From: Patescibacteria group bacterium
GTDB lineage: Bacteria; Patescibacteriota; Minisyncoccia; Phycocordibacterales; PALSA-1337
Assembly: GCA_038061795.1 (NCBI GenBank)
Contig: JBBTYL010000001.1
Location: 65,801 to 129,800, forward strand
Reading direction: 5' to 3'
Length of the DNA: 64,000 nucleotides
Shown piece by piece: positions 28,192-36,767 of the stretch (position 1 is its first letter; every line of letters starts with the position of its first letter). The notes under the pieces are model-generated. The model worked only from the letters and a program-made list of their open reading frames with translations, was not told the DNA's origin and did no database searches. Position numbers and translations under genes: made by a program.

Positions 28192-30024
28192 ATGAAAGAA
28201 AAAGAACACGAAAGTACATATCCAAAAGTCACAACTTGGGATGTGGTGAAGGAATATTGGAAATCGGCGAAATTTCATTGGCTGTTGGGCGCGTCTGTCC
28301 TCGTAGGAGTGGTGGTTTCAAACTTAGCGCAGAACATCATTGCACCGCTCTACTATAAGGAATTTTTCGATGCCCTTGCGGGCAGCGACCCATCTCTGGT
28401 GCTGACAGGCACTGTCCTTGTTTCAATACTTTTTTCGATTCTCGGGCTTAATATCATAAGCTGGGTCGGCTATCGTCTGAGTGGCTTCAGTCAGAATTTT
28501 TTCTTTGTGCGTGTCGGGCATCGTCTCGTGGAACATGCTTTTACCAGGCTTGTCGACCACTCTCACTCCTTCTTTTCGAATAACTTTTCCGGCTCGCTAG
28601 TTCAAAAAGTGAATCGCTATAACAGATCCTTCGGCCGGCTTTTTGACAGGCTGAGCGGGGATATTGTCCCGCTTTTCATAAAAATAACTGCAGCTACCAT
28701 TGTCCTCTATTATGTGAAGCCGGTAATTGCAGGCGTCGTGCTTATATGGATCGTAGTATTCGTCATGCTTTCTTATTCTTTGGCTAGAGTGAAATTGAAA
28801 TACGATATTCTTGCCGCAAGGGCCGATTCAAAACTGACCGGAACCATTGCTGATTCTATTTCAAACCATAATTCAATCCAGCAATTCACAGGGACCGCAG
28901 AAGAGATGAGGCTTCTTGATATCTCGAGCAGGCATTATTATCGGACTATGCTGAAACGATGGAATATCGGCTCAACTATAGATTCAGTCCAGGCTGTCCT
29001 AGCTTTAGCCATAGAATTTTTTATCTTTTATTTCGGGATTAAATATTGGCAGGCAGGTGCGCTTTCACTTGGAACCTTCGTCCTCATTCAGGCATACGTA
29101 ATAAGCATAGGGGGAAGCCTTTGGAATTTCAGTCGCGTCGTGCGTGACCTCTATGAGGCGACTGCAGATGCAAAAGAAATGGTGGAAATCATCAAGTTAC
29201 CTCATGATATTAGGGATTTTCCTCGAGCAATAAAATTGAAGGTGCCTCATGGGAAAATCGAATTCAAGAACGTCTCCTTCACCTTCGGGAAAAATGAACA
29301 AAACAAGCCTGTTTTCACCAATCTTTCTATCTCAATTAAGGCAGGAGAAAAAGTCGCGCTAATAGGCTCATCAGGAGCAGGAAAATCCACCTTCGTTAAA
29401 TTGCTTTTGAGGCTTCATGATATAAAGGACGGAGAGATACTCATCGATGGTCAGAATATTGCCGATGTGACACAGGAGAGCCTTAGAGAAAATATCAGCC
29501 TGGTTCCGCAGGATCCTGCGCTTTTTCATCGATCACTCATGGAAAATATTCGTTATGGGAAAAGGGATGCGACTGATGACGAAGTTATCGAGGTTTCAAA
29601 GCTTGCACATTGCGACATTTTTATAAGGGATTTCCCGCAGAAATATGAGACTTTTGTCGGGGAAAGAGGCATCAAGCTTTCCGGAGGAGAGCGACAAAGA
29701 GTCGCCATTGCGCGCGCACTTCTCAAGAATGCGCCGATACTTATCCTTGACGAGGCGACCTCAAGCCTTGATTCGCATTCCGAATCATTGATTCAGGACG
29801 CGCTTAATACGCTCATGAAAGGGAAGACGACTCTTGTCATCGCTCATCGCCTTTCGACTATTCGGAAAATGGACAGGATCATCGTGCTTGGAAAAGACGG
29901 CGTGCTTGAAGAAGGAAGCCATGATGAGCTTATTAGGGCCCACGGCACCTATGCACGCCTATGGAATTTGCAGGCAGGAGGATTCGCAGATAAGAGCATT
30001 GAGGATATGCTAGAGGAGGAATAA
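28192..30024 (+). CDS. ABC exporter, fused permease/ATPase (MsbA-like)
   Basis: 610 aa. Six-TM N-domain. Walker A GSSGAGKST, signature LSGGERQR, Walker B ILILDEATS. Confidence 0.9.
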   Translation: MKEKEHESTYPKVTTWDVVKEYWKSAKFHWLLGASVLVGVVVSNLAQNIIAPLYYKEFFDALAGSDPSLVLTGTVLVSILFSILGLNIISWVGYRLSGFSQNFFFVRVGHRLVEHAFTRLVDHSHSFFSNNFSGSLVQKVNRYNRSFGRLFDRLSGDIVPLFIKITAATIVLYYVKPVIAGVVLIWIVVFVMLSYSLARVKLKYDILAARADSKLTGTIADSISNHNSIQQFTGTAEEMRLLDISSRHYYRTMLKRWNIGSTIDSVQAVLALAIEFFIFYFGIKYWQAGALSLGTFVLIQAYVISIGGSLWNFSRVVRDLYEATADAKEMVEIIKLPHDIRDFPRAIKLKVPHGKIEFKNVSFTFGKNEQNKPVFTNLSISIKAGEKVALIGSSGAGKSTFVKLLLRLHDIKDGEILIDGQNIADVTQESLRENISLVPQDPALFHRSLMENIRYGKRDATDDEVIEVSKLAHCDIFIRDFPQKYETFVGERGIKLSGGERQRVAIARALLKNAPILILDEATSSLDSHSESLIQDALNTLMKGKTTLVIAHRLSTIRKMDRIIVLGKDGVLEEGSHDELIRAHGTYARLWNLQAGGFADKSIEDMLEEE

Positions 30025-30050
30025 TCAGAAAACATAGTATAATAACCGTT

Positions 30051-30962
30051 ATGCACTGGATACTAATAGCGCTCATTCCACCTCTTCTTTGGAGTCTTCT
30101 AAATCATGTAGATAAATATCTGATTTCTAAATATGCCGGTCACACAGGAATTGGTGGGCTTGCAATATTCTCGTCTGCTTTCGCTGTCGTAGCTTTACCA
30201 ATAGTTTATATAATTGATAACACAATTTTCAGTATAAGCGTCCCTGATGCCTTTTTTCTTTCAGTGACTGGTATCCTTACCGCCTTCGGGATTTTGTTTT
30301 ATCTTTATGCTTTAGACAGAGATGATGCCTCTCATGTCGTGCCATTCTGGTTCCTTATTCCTATTTTCAGTTATGTTCTCGGAGTCATTGTCCTTGGGGA
30401 GTATATCGTATTTGATAAAATACTTGGCTCGCTGATCACGCTTATCGGCGCTTTGATATTGTCGCTTGAATTTGATCAGGGTTTTCGAGTTAAAAAGGCT
30501 GCAGCGTTTTTCATGATTGCTTCAAGCCTAGTCTTTGCTGTGAATTATGTTCTTTTTAAGGATATCGCCCTTGGAGTGTCATTCTGGCAGTCGATTTTCT
30601 GGAATCAGGTAGGAATGTTTATTTTTGGTGCGGCAGCCGTGCTTTTCGTAAAATCTTATCGACAGGATTTTATAAGGATGATAAAGGCAAATACGAAGCA
30701 ACTTGTGATATTGAACACTATCGGTGAGTCGGTGCAGATGATCGCTGTGTTTGTTAATTACTATGTCCTGCTTATTGCTCCTATCGCCCTCGTATCGCTT
30801 ATTGAATATACTTTCCAGCCGCTTTTCGTGTTTATCGAGGGCATTCTTTTGACAATTTTTTTGCCTCACATTTCGAAGGAAAAGATCAGCTATGGACACA
30901 TCCTTCAAAAACTCCTCTCCATCATAGTTATGGCTCTAGGAGTCTATTTGATTATGATATAA
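30051..30962 (+). CDS. EamA/DMT-family transporter
   Basis: 303 aa, about 10 TM helices arranged as two similar halves. Confidence 0.8.
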   Translation: MHWILIALIPPLLWSLLNHVDKYLISKYAGHTGIGGLAIFSSAFAVVALPIVYIIDNTIFSISVPDAFFLSVTGILTAFGILFYLYALDRDDASHVVPFWFLIPIFSYVLGVIVLGEYIVFDKILGSLITLIGALILSLEFDQGFRVKKAAAFFMIASSLVFAVNYVLFKDIALGVSFWQSIFWNQVGMFIFGAAAVLFVKSYRQDFIRMIKANTKQLVILNTIGESVQMIAVFVNYYVLLIAPIALVSLIEYTFQPLFVFIEGILLTIFLPHISKEKISYGHILQKLLSIIVMALGVYLIMI

Positions 30963-30969
30963 TTACGCC

Positions 30970-31305
30970 ATGGATCACTCAGCAGACAACAAGAAATCAT
31001 CCATTTTTTTCGGAATAATCTTTTTCCTGCTCATATCTGTTCTCGCAGCTTCGTATTACATATTTTATGTGTCAAAAAACTACGATTTTACTTTCAATGG
31101 CGACTGCGACTCATCTACACAGACTTGTTATGTAGCAGAAGACAAATCGAATTATCGGGTTTTCCATCTACCTGCTCGTGATTTCTATGCTTGTTCTACA
31201 GATGGCAGCTGCGTAATACAGTGTGAAAATGATAGCATTGCTTGTGAGGAGACGATGTGTAGTGTTGATGACGGAGATGTCTGCAGCGTTCGGGAAGAAA
31301 ACTAG
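30970..31305 (+). CDS. Membrane-anchored Cys-rich hypothetical protein
   Basis: 111 aa. One TM helix, then a domain with 8 Cys residues. Confidence 0.5.
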   Translation: MDHSADNKKSSIFFGIIFFLLISVLAASYYIFYVSKNYDFTFNGDCDSSTQTCYVAEDKSNYRVFHLPARDFYACSTDGSCVIQCENDSIACEETMCSVDDGDVCSVREEN

Positions 31306-31307
31306 CC

Positions 31308-32144
31308 ATGGCACATGACATAGAAACATTGATATCCGACCGCAGCATTTTCAATGCTTTTGTCTATACTTCGCTTCATGATGCGATGAAGGAACTCGAA
31401 GCTCGTCAGGATGATCCAAGGCTTCTCGAATATCTGGAAAAGACGCTGCCTGCAGGAGTTCCAGAAATACTGAAGGGGAGGAAGCACACGTTCCTTTCTC
31501 GGGACGTTGCCACGACGAACTATGAGGCCCGCAGGTTCATTTATATCAATGACGCGATGGATGATTTCACTCCTGTTTTTTGGGAATATGCCCAGGATAA
31601 ATTTACTCCGGAAGTAAATGAAGCGAAACATGCCCTTGGCAAAATGACATTCTATGCAGGAAGGGCAAAGAACGGTTCAGAGATAATCCAGAAGATGAAT
31701 ATCATCGACTTCAATATTTCAACAGGCAAGAAGATTTCTGAAGTCATAACGAAGTGGGGACAGCCACTTATTGATTTTCATCATGAGCTTTTCAGCCATA
31801 CTGGACAGAAGACTAGTGACATTATTTTTTATGATGCTTCCGAGTGGTATGCAAAGTCAGGTTTAACAGTCGATAAGTACTATAAGCATCTTTTCAAATT
31901 GTTTCTCGTGAATGGTATTAACTTTGAGAATTTCCTGCTGGAGAATGCCGATGAGAAGCAATTCATCCGCGATATCTTCCTTCCCGCATTTATTTCCATC
32001 GTTGAGGATACAGGCAAGAAGCCGCTTATCGTCGCATTGGAACCAACAGAACTAGAAAGCAATAGTTTCTGGCATTACTATCCATTCGAATCCATGGACT
32101 ATGTCAAAAAAAAGCAATCATCTGGTATAATTAATGGCAAATGA
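31308..32144 (+). CDS. Hypothetical protein, translationally coupled to the histidine kinase
   Basis: 278-aa ORF. Its stop overlaps the kinase start (ATGA at 32141). Confidence 0.55.
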   Translation: MAHDIETLISDRSIFNAFVYTSLHDAMKELEARQDDPRLLEYLEKTLPAGVPEILKGRKHTFLSRDVATTNYEARRFIYINDAMDDFTPVFWEYAQDKFTPEVNEAKHALGKMTFYAGRAKNGSEIIQKMNIIDFNISTGKKISEVITKWGQPLIDFHHELFSHTGQKTSDIIFYDASEWYAKSGLTVDKYYKHLFKLFLVNGINFENFLLENADEKQFIRDIFLPAFISIVEDTGKKPLIVALEPTELESNSFWHYYPFESMDYVKKKQSSGIINGK

Positions 32145-33781
32145 TAAATAGCTGTACAGGAGCCGCAGAGTACGGGGAAATAATCTACTATTCGCACCTT
32201 ATTCCCGTTGCCATAGCATTGGTTCTCATCTATTTCGTTCTTACGAGATCGAAGTTCTCATTTCTCTCATACGTATTTTCCTTCTTTGTAATGAGTTTCA
32301 GCCTCTGGCTGCTCGGAGATATCATCACTTGGATATCGACTAATTATTTTCTCATTACGGTTTTTTGGGCGCCGCTTGATTTCATTAATATCTTGTTTTA
32401 TGTATTTGGTGCATATTTCTTCGCAGTCCTTATTACGGGCAAGGATGTGTCCTGGAAATGGAAACTATTGGCGCTTGCAGCAATATTGCCCGCATGGCTT
32501 GTTACGGTTTCCGGGAATTCTATCATAGGTTTCGATCAGCCGAATTGCGAGGCGCTTAATAGCGATTTTCTCGGGCAATACAAGATCGTTATAGAGGTTA
32601 TCGTGTGCCTCTATATCATTGTTCATGGAGTATACACATTCCTGAAGGGGAGCAAGGCTCTGAAGCACCAGGTCGCCACCGTGGCCCCAGCGATGATCCT
32701 TTTCTTTCTTACATTTTCCGTAACTGAGTACATTTCAAGCATTACAGGATTCTACGAGCTTAATCTCTATTCGCTCTTCGTGCTACCGGTATTCCTTGCG
32801 CTCATCATCTATTCAATAACCAATTTCCGGATCTTCAATTTCAAATCGTTCGGTACCCAGCTTCTCGTCTACGTTCTTATTATCTTCGTCGGTTCGCAAT
32901 TCTTTTTCCTCGAAAACACGACTTCAAAGATCTTGACCATTATTACTTTCATTCTCTCACTATCATTCGGAATCATCCTTCTTCATGTCCTTAGGAAAGA
33001 GGAGAAATATGTAAAAGAAATAGAAAAGCTCGCTGGCGACCTCAAAAAGGCCAATACACGCCTGCTTGAGCTCGATAAGCAAAAATCCGAATTCGTTTCT
33101 TTCGCAACGCACCAGCTCCGGGCGCCTTTGACGGCAATGAAGGGCTACGCATCTCTCATCATGGAGGGCGAGATGGGCGCAATTACCAAAGAAGTCCGCG
33201 AGTCTGTTAGCCGCATCTATGATTCGTCAAAAACTCTTGCAAATATCGTCGATGACTATCTCAATATTTCCCGCATCGAGCTCGGCACAATGAAATACTC
33301 GTTTGAAATACTGAATCTCAAGGATTTGGTCGAGAACGTCATCGGAGAGATCAAGCCGAATATCGACCGCAGCGGCCTTGCCTTCGCTTTTTCTCAGGTT
33401 CCGGCCGATCCGAAGGAGCGATTCATGGTTCATGCCGACAAAGACAAGCTCAAGCAGGTAGTCGCGAACCTGATCGACAACTCAGTGAAGTATACGCCGA
33501 AGGGAAGCCTGGAAGTCGGGCTTCTCAAGAGTTCATCAGATAGGAAAATCGTATTTTCAGTGAAGGATACCGGAGTCGGCATCGCACCGGCTGTCATGCC
33601 AAAGCTTTTCCAGAAATTCATCCGTGCGGAAAATGCAAATAAGCAGAATATTTATGGGACTGGACTTGGGCTTTTCGTCGCAAAGGAAATCGTTTCCGCG
33701 CATAAGGGGCGCATCTGGGCCGAATCGGACGGGGAGGGCAAGGGTTCTACTTTCTATCTTGAATTAGAGATGGTTGTTTAA
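32141..33781 (+). CDS. Sensor histidine kinase with polytopic N-terminal domain
   Basis: 546 aa. About 7-8 TM helices. H box SFATHQLRAPLT, N box DNSVKYTPKG, G1 DTGVGI, G2 GTGLGL. Confidence 0.9.
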   Translation: MINSCTGAAEYGEIIYYSHLIPVAIALVLIYFVLTRSKFSFLSYVFSFFVMSFSLWLLGDIITWISTNYFLITVFWAPLDFINILFYVFGAYFFAVLITGKDVSWKWKLLALAAILPAWLVTVSGNSIIGFDQPNCEALNSDFLGQYKIVIEVIVCLYIIVHGVYTFLKGSKALKHQVATVAPAMILFFLTFSVTEYISSITGFYELNLYSLFVLPVFLALIIYSITNFRIFNFKSFGTQLLVYVLIIFVGSQFFFLENTTSKILTIITFILSLSFGIILLHVLRKEEKYVKEIEKLAGDLKKANTRLLELDKQKSEFVSFATHQLRAPLTAMKGYASLIMEGEMGAITKEVRESVSRIYDSSKTLANIVDDYLNISRIELGTMKYSFEILNLKDLVENVIGEIKPNIDRSGLAFAFSQVPADPKERFMVHADKDKLKQVVANLIDNSVKYTPKGSLEVGLLKSSSDRKIVFSVKDTGVGIAPAVMPKLFQKFIRAENANKQNIYGTGLGLFVAKEIVSAHKGRIWAESDGEGKGSTFYLELEMVV

Positions 33782-33792
33782 AAGAGTTTTTA

Positions 33793-33823
33793 AACCCCCG
33801 TCGCGCGTAGCGCCGGGGGTTTG
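33793..33823. terminator. GC-rich hairpin terminator shared by convergent transcripts
   Basis: ACCCCCG...CGGGGGT with an inner CGC/GCG stem, followed by TTG. The minus-strand reading is followed by TTTAAAAA. Confidence 0.7.
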
Positions 33824-33839
33824 TGATCGAGAATTTCAC

Positions 33840-34049
33840 TCAATCTTGTTCTTCGGGGGGGTCATTGGGGTGCTCGACATTTTCAGGACGAGCCACACAC
33901 CTTCTTTGTGGAGCATCAGGAGGAGCAACTCTGCGGATTTTCGATTTTGGCGGAGGTAAAACCTCTACGCATAAACCATCTTTCCACAGTGTCAGAGCTT
34001 CCGATGCACGACCGACCCAATGAGTCATTTTTGCAATTCTCATAGGCAC
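33840..34049 (-). CDS. Small G+C-rich ORF (or non-coding transcript) behind a perfect consensus promoter
   Basis: 69-aa Pro/Arg-rich ORF. Upstream promoter TTGACA-N17-TATAAT at 34093-34121, downstream hairpin at 33793-33823. Coding status is uncertain. Confidence 0.3.
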   Translation of the reverse strand: MPMRIAKMTHWVGRASEALTLWKDGLCVEVLPPPKSKIRRVAPPDAPQRRCVARPENVEHPNDPPEEQD

Positions 34050-34092
34050 AACAGTTTGGGGTTTTTGTTTACGACAAAACTAACTGCTAAGT

Positions 34093-34121
34093 ATTATACA
34101 CCCATTTAACATGAATGTCAA
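34093..34121 (-). promoter_or_regulatory. Perfect consensus sigma70 promoter
   Basis: Minus strand TTGACA-TTCATGTTAAATGGGTG-TATAAT. It shares TTGACATTCATG with the promoter at 13548-13576. Confidence 0.55.
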
Positions 34122-34136
34122 TCCCTATAAAAACCC

Positions 34137-34421
34137 TTATTCTAAAACGTTTTTTTGGCGCTTTATCTTATAGACTTTTTTGAATGTCCAGGCTGTGACG
34201 GCTAGAAAAAGGAACAGAAAAATGAAAGTCCACGGAATTGCTGTAACAAACATTGATCGCGGATCGAGAGGAAACATTACTCCATTAAACAGATCGATCC
34301 CCATAAAAATAATCCCTCCGATGAAAAGGAGAAGGAATATGGTAAGTAGGAATACATTCTTCCACCCACCCTTGTCGTGGACGACGAAGAATAACCCGAA
34401 CGGAATAAGCCAGAGTTCCAT
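34137..34421 (-). CDS. Small membrane protein
   Basis: 94 aa, 3 TM helices. Confidence 0.5.
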   Translation of the reverse strand: MELWLIPFGLFFVVHDKGGWKNVFLLTIFLLLFIGGIIFMGIDLFNGVMFPLDPRSMFVTAIPWTFIFLFLFLAVTAWTFKKVYKIKRQKNVLE

Positions 34422-34433
34422 CGAATATTCAGT

Positions 34434-34898
34434 TTACTTTGCGAGTTCTTCTACTACGGCTTTCACGTCTGCACCGTCGGCTTTGCCCTTGAGTTCCTTC
34501 ATGAGCATTCCCATGAATTGTCCAAGTTTCTTTGCATCAGGCTTTCCGTCTTTTGCAATTTTCGCTTCAGCGATTTTCTTGATATCCTTTCGGCTCATGG
34601 TTTCTGGAAGGAAAACTTCAAGGATGGCGAGCTCGGCTTTTTCCTTTTTTACCAAATCCTTCCTGCCGCCTTTCTCGAATTGCTCTATGGAATCCTTGTG
34701 CTGCTTGACGCTCTTTTTGATCAAAGCTAGCGCGGTGTCATCATCTACAAAGCCTGCCGGACTTTTTTGGGCAATCAATTCATATGAAAAAGATGAAACA
34801 AGGCCTCTTAATGTTTCAAGTCTTATAGTGTCGTGTGCACGGAGCGCTTCGGTTATCTGCGTCTTTATATTCTCATGCAATGTTATATTTTTAGTCAT
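34434..34898 (-). CDS. GatB/YqeY-domain protein
   Basis: ATG at 34898 gives MTKNITLHENIKTQITEALRAHDTIRLETLRGL..., the typical YqeY N-terminus. C-terminus GKADGADVKAVVEELAK. Confidence 0.85.
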   Translation of the reverse strand: MTKNITLHENIKTQITEALRAHDTIRLETLRGLVSSFSYELIAQKSPAGFVDDDTALALIKKSVKQHKDSIEQFEKGGRKDLVKKEKAELAILEVFLPETMSRKDIKKIAEAKIAKDGKPDAKKLGQFMGMLMKELKGKADGADVKAVVEELAK

Positions 34899-34919
34899 AC
34901 ATCGGGTATAATACCACAT

Positions 34920-35978
34920 ATGAACACCCTTATCATCATCCTGATTATCCTTGTCGTCATCGCCATTGTCCTTATGATCCTCTTTTTACTCCGTAAACCG
35001 AAAAATATCGAGGCTTCTCGTGATGATGTAGGTCTTAAGCTCATTCTCGAGCAAATTAATGAGCTCAACAGGACAGTTGATAGCAAAATAGGCGAAAGCG
35101 CGCGTCATATGCGGGAATCTATGCAGACCCAGCTCTCAGAATCAACGAAGATGATCCGCGATGTGACTGCCGGCCTTACGAAGCTGGATGAGACGAACCG
35201 TCAGGTGGTTTCTTTTGCCGATCAACTTCAATCTTTACAAGATATTCTGAAGAATCCGAAACATCGAGGAATCCTTGGTGAATACTATCTCGAAACCTTG
35301 CTTCATAACGTTCTCGCACCAACTCAATACAAGATGCAATATGCTTTTGCCAATGGAGAAATCGTAGACGCAGCTGTTTTCGTTAAGGAAAAAATCATCC
35401 CGATTGATTCGAAGTTTTCTCTTGAGAACTACAATAAGCTTGCTGAAGAGAGAAATCCTGTTGAAAAGGAGAAGTTGGAAAAAGCCTTCGTGAATGACCT
35501 CAAGCTCCGCATTCAGGAGACAGCAAAGTATGTCCGCCCATCAGAAGGCACGATGGATTTTGCTTTCATGTTCATTCCACATGAAGCTATTTACTATGAT
35601 CTTTTGGTTAATAAGATTGGTGCGGTTACTGAAGAGACTGATAATCTCATCCAAAGAGCGGCCCAGAAGTACAAAGTCATCATTGTCTCACCGACCTCCT
35701 TTTTGGCCTATCTGCAGACGGTATTACAGGGTTTGAAGGCTCTCCAGATTGAAGAAACGGCTAAGGATATCATCAAAAGGGTTGAAGACCTCGGAAATCA
35801 CCTCAAGAAGTATGAGGATTATCATATGAAGCTTGGTGCTTCGCTTTCGACCGTTGTGAATCACTACAACAACTCCGGAAAGGAGCTCAAGAAGGTAGAT
35901 AAGGACATTTTGAGGATTACTGGAGAGAATCCAGGGCTAGAGACGGGGGTTATTGACCATCCAGAAGAGATAGTGTAA
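34920..35978 (+). CDS. rmuC: DNA recombination protein RmuC
   Basis: ATG at 34920 (MNTLIIILIIL.., TM anchor). A long coiled coil, then the RmuC C-terminal pattern (MDFAFMFIPHEAIYYDL...VIIVSPTSFLAYLQ). Confidence 0.85.
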   Translation: MNTLIIILIILVVIAIVLMILFLLRKPKNIEASRDDVGLKLILEQINELNRTVDSKIGESARHMRESMQTQLSESTKMIRDVTAGLTKLDETNRQVVSFADQLQSLQDILKNPKHRGILGEYYLETLLHNVLAPTQYKMQYAFANGEIVDAAVFVKEKIIPIDSKFSLENYNKLAEERNPVEKEKLEKAFVNDLKLRIQETAKYVRPSEGTMDFAFMFIPHEAIYYDLLVNKIGAVTEETDNLIQRAAQKYKVIIVSPTSFLAYLQTVLQGLKALQIEETAKDIIKRVEDLGNHLKKYEDYHMKLGASLSTVVNHYNNSGKELKKVDKDILRITGENPGLETGVIDHPEEIV

Positions 35979-35990
35979 TATGACCTGACT

Positions 35991-36323
35991 ATGACAGAAT
36001 TCGCAGTTATACAAACAGGAGGCAAGCAATACAAGGTCAAGGCAGGGGATGAGATCAAGATTGAGAAAATCCTCGGCGACCGCGGCTCCACTTTTAAAGA
36101 AGGCGACAAGATCGTCTTCGACAAGGTTTTGCTTGTAGATAACGGTTCTGACACTACTATCGGCACGCCTTTCATCGCTTCTGCGAAGGTCACTGCAACT
36201 ATTACGAAGATCGGACGACTTCCAAAGATCGACGTTATCAAGTACAAGCAGAAGAGCAAGTACTTCAAGAAAAACGGGCATCGACAGCCATACTTCCAGG
36301 TAAAGATTGAGGGATTGAAATAA
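35991..36323 (+). CDS. rplU: 50S ribosomal protein L21
   Basis: 110 aa. FAVIQTGGKQYKVKAGDEIKIEK ... KYKQKSKYFKKNGHRQPYFQVKI. Confidence 0.95.
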   Translation: MTEFAVIQTGGKQYKVKAGDEIKIEKILGDRGSTFKEGDKIVFDKVLLVDNGSDTTIGTPFIASAKVTATITKIGRLPKIDVIKYKQKSKYFKKNGHRQPYFQVKIEGLK

Positions 36324-36387
36324 TTCTCTACATAAAAGCAATTTTGCTATTCAGCTTGAATAGTTTTCTTGCTATAATCATACACAA

Positions 36388-36748
36388 ATGACCATATTCA
36401 ATTTTCTAAAATTTAAAAATAAGAAGGTAGATATTTCAAAAGTAATTGAGAAGCAGCTTCAAGAGAATATTGAGGTAATAAAGTCATTGCGCGATTATGA
36501 CGAAGGAAAAAAAGACATTTCAACCGCTGACCTCGAACGACGTCTGCCAAATATACGAGTATCTCCTCGAGCGTAATTTTCTATCATTCCCTTTAACGCA
36601 GGCCGGAAAGAATAAAGTAGAGTCACTGGTTTCGAGCATAACGGAATCACATTTCGGAGAGGAAATATATAAGACAGCTGAAGAAAAGGCTTTGGCGCAT
36701 TTATATTTTATTATCAAAAGAAAGTCATACGAACGCTTGTTGATATAG
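36388..36748 (+). pseudogene. Frameshifted and truncated Doc/Fic-like gene remnant
   Basis: Two overlapping ORFs (36388-36576 and 36497-36748) switch frame at an A7 run (36507-36513). The second reads ..LTSNDVCQIYEYLLE...GKNKVESLVSSITESHFGEEIYKTAEEKALAHLYFIIK, matching the N-terminal two-thirds of Doc/Fic toxins. It stops where the HxFxDGNKR active-site motif should begin. Confidence 0.4.
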
Positions 36749-36767
36749 TATTCTCAAAAGCCTGATT

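Noticed and set aside
34180-34911. 243-aa plus-strand ORF.
   Set aside because: It is antisense to the well-supported yqeY gene and the small membrane-protein gene. Its low-complexity Ser/Phe-rich sequence has no motif.
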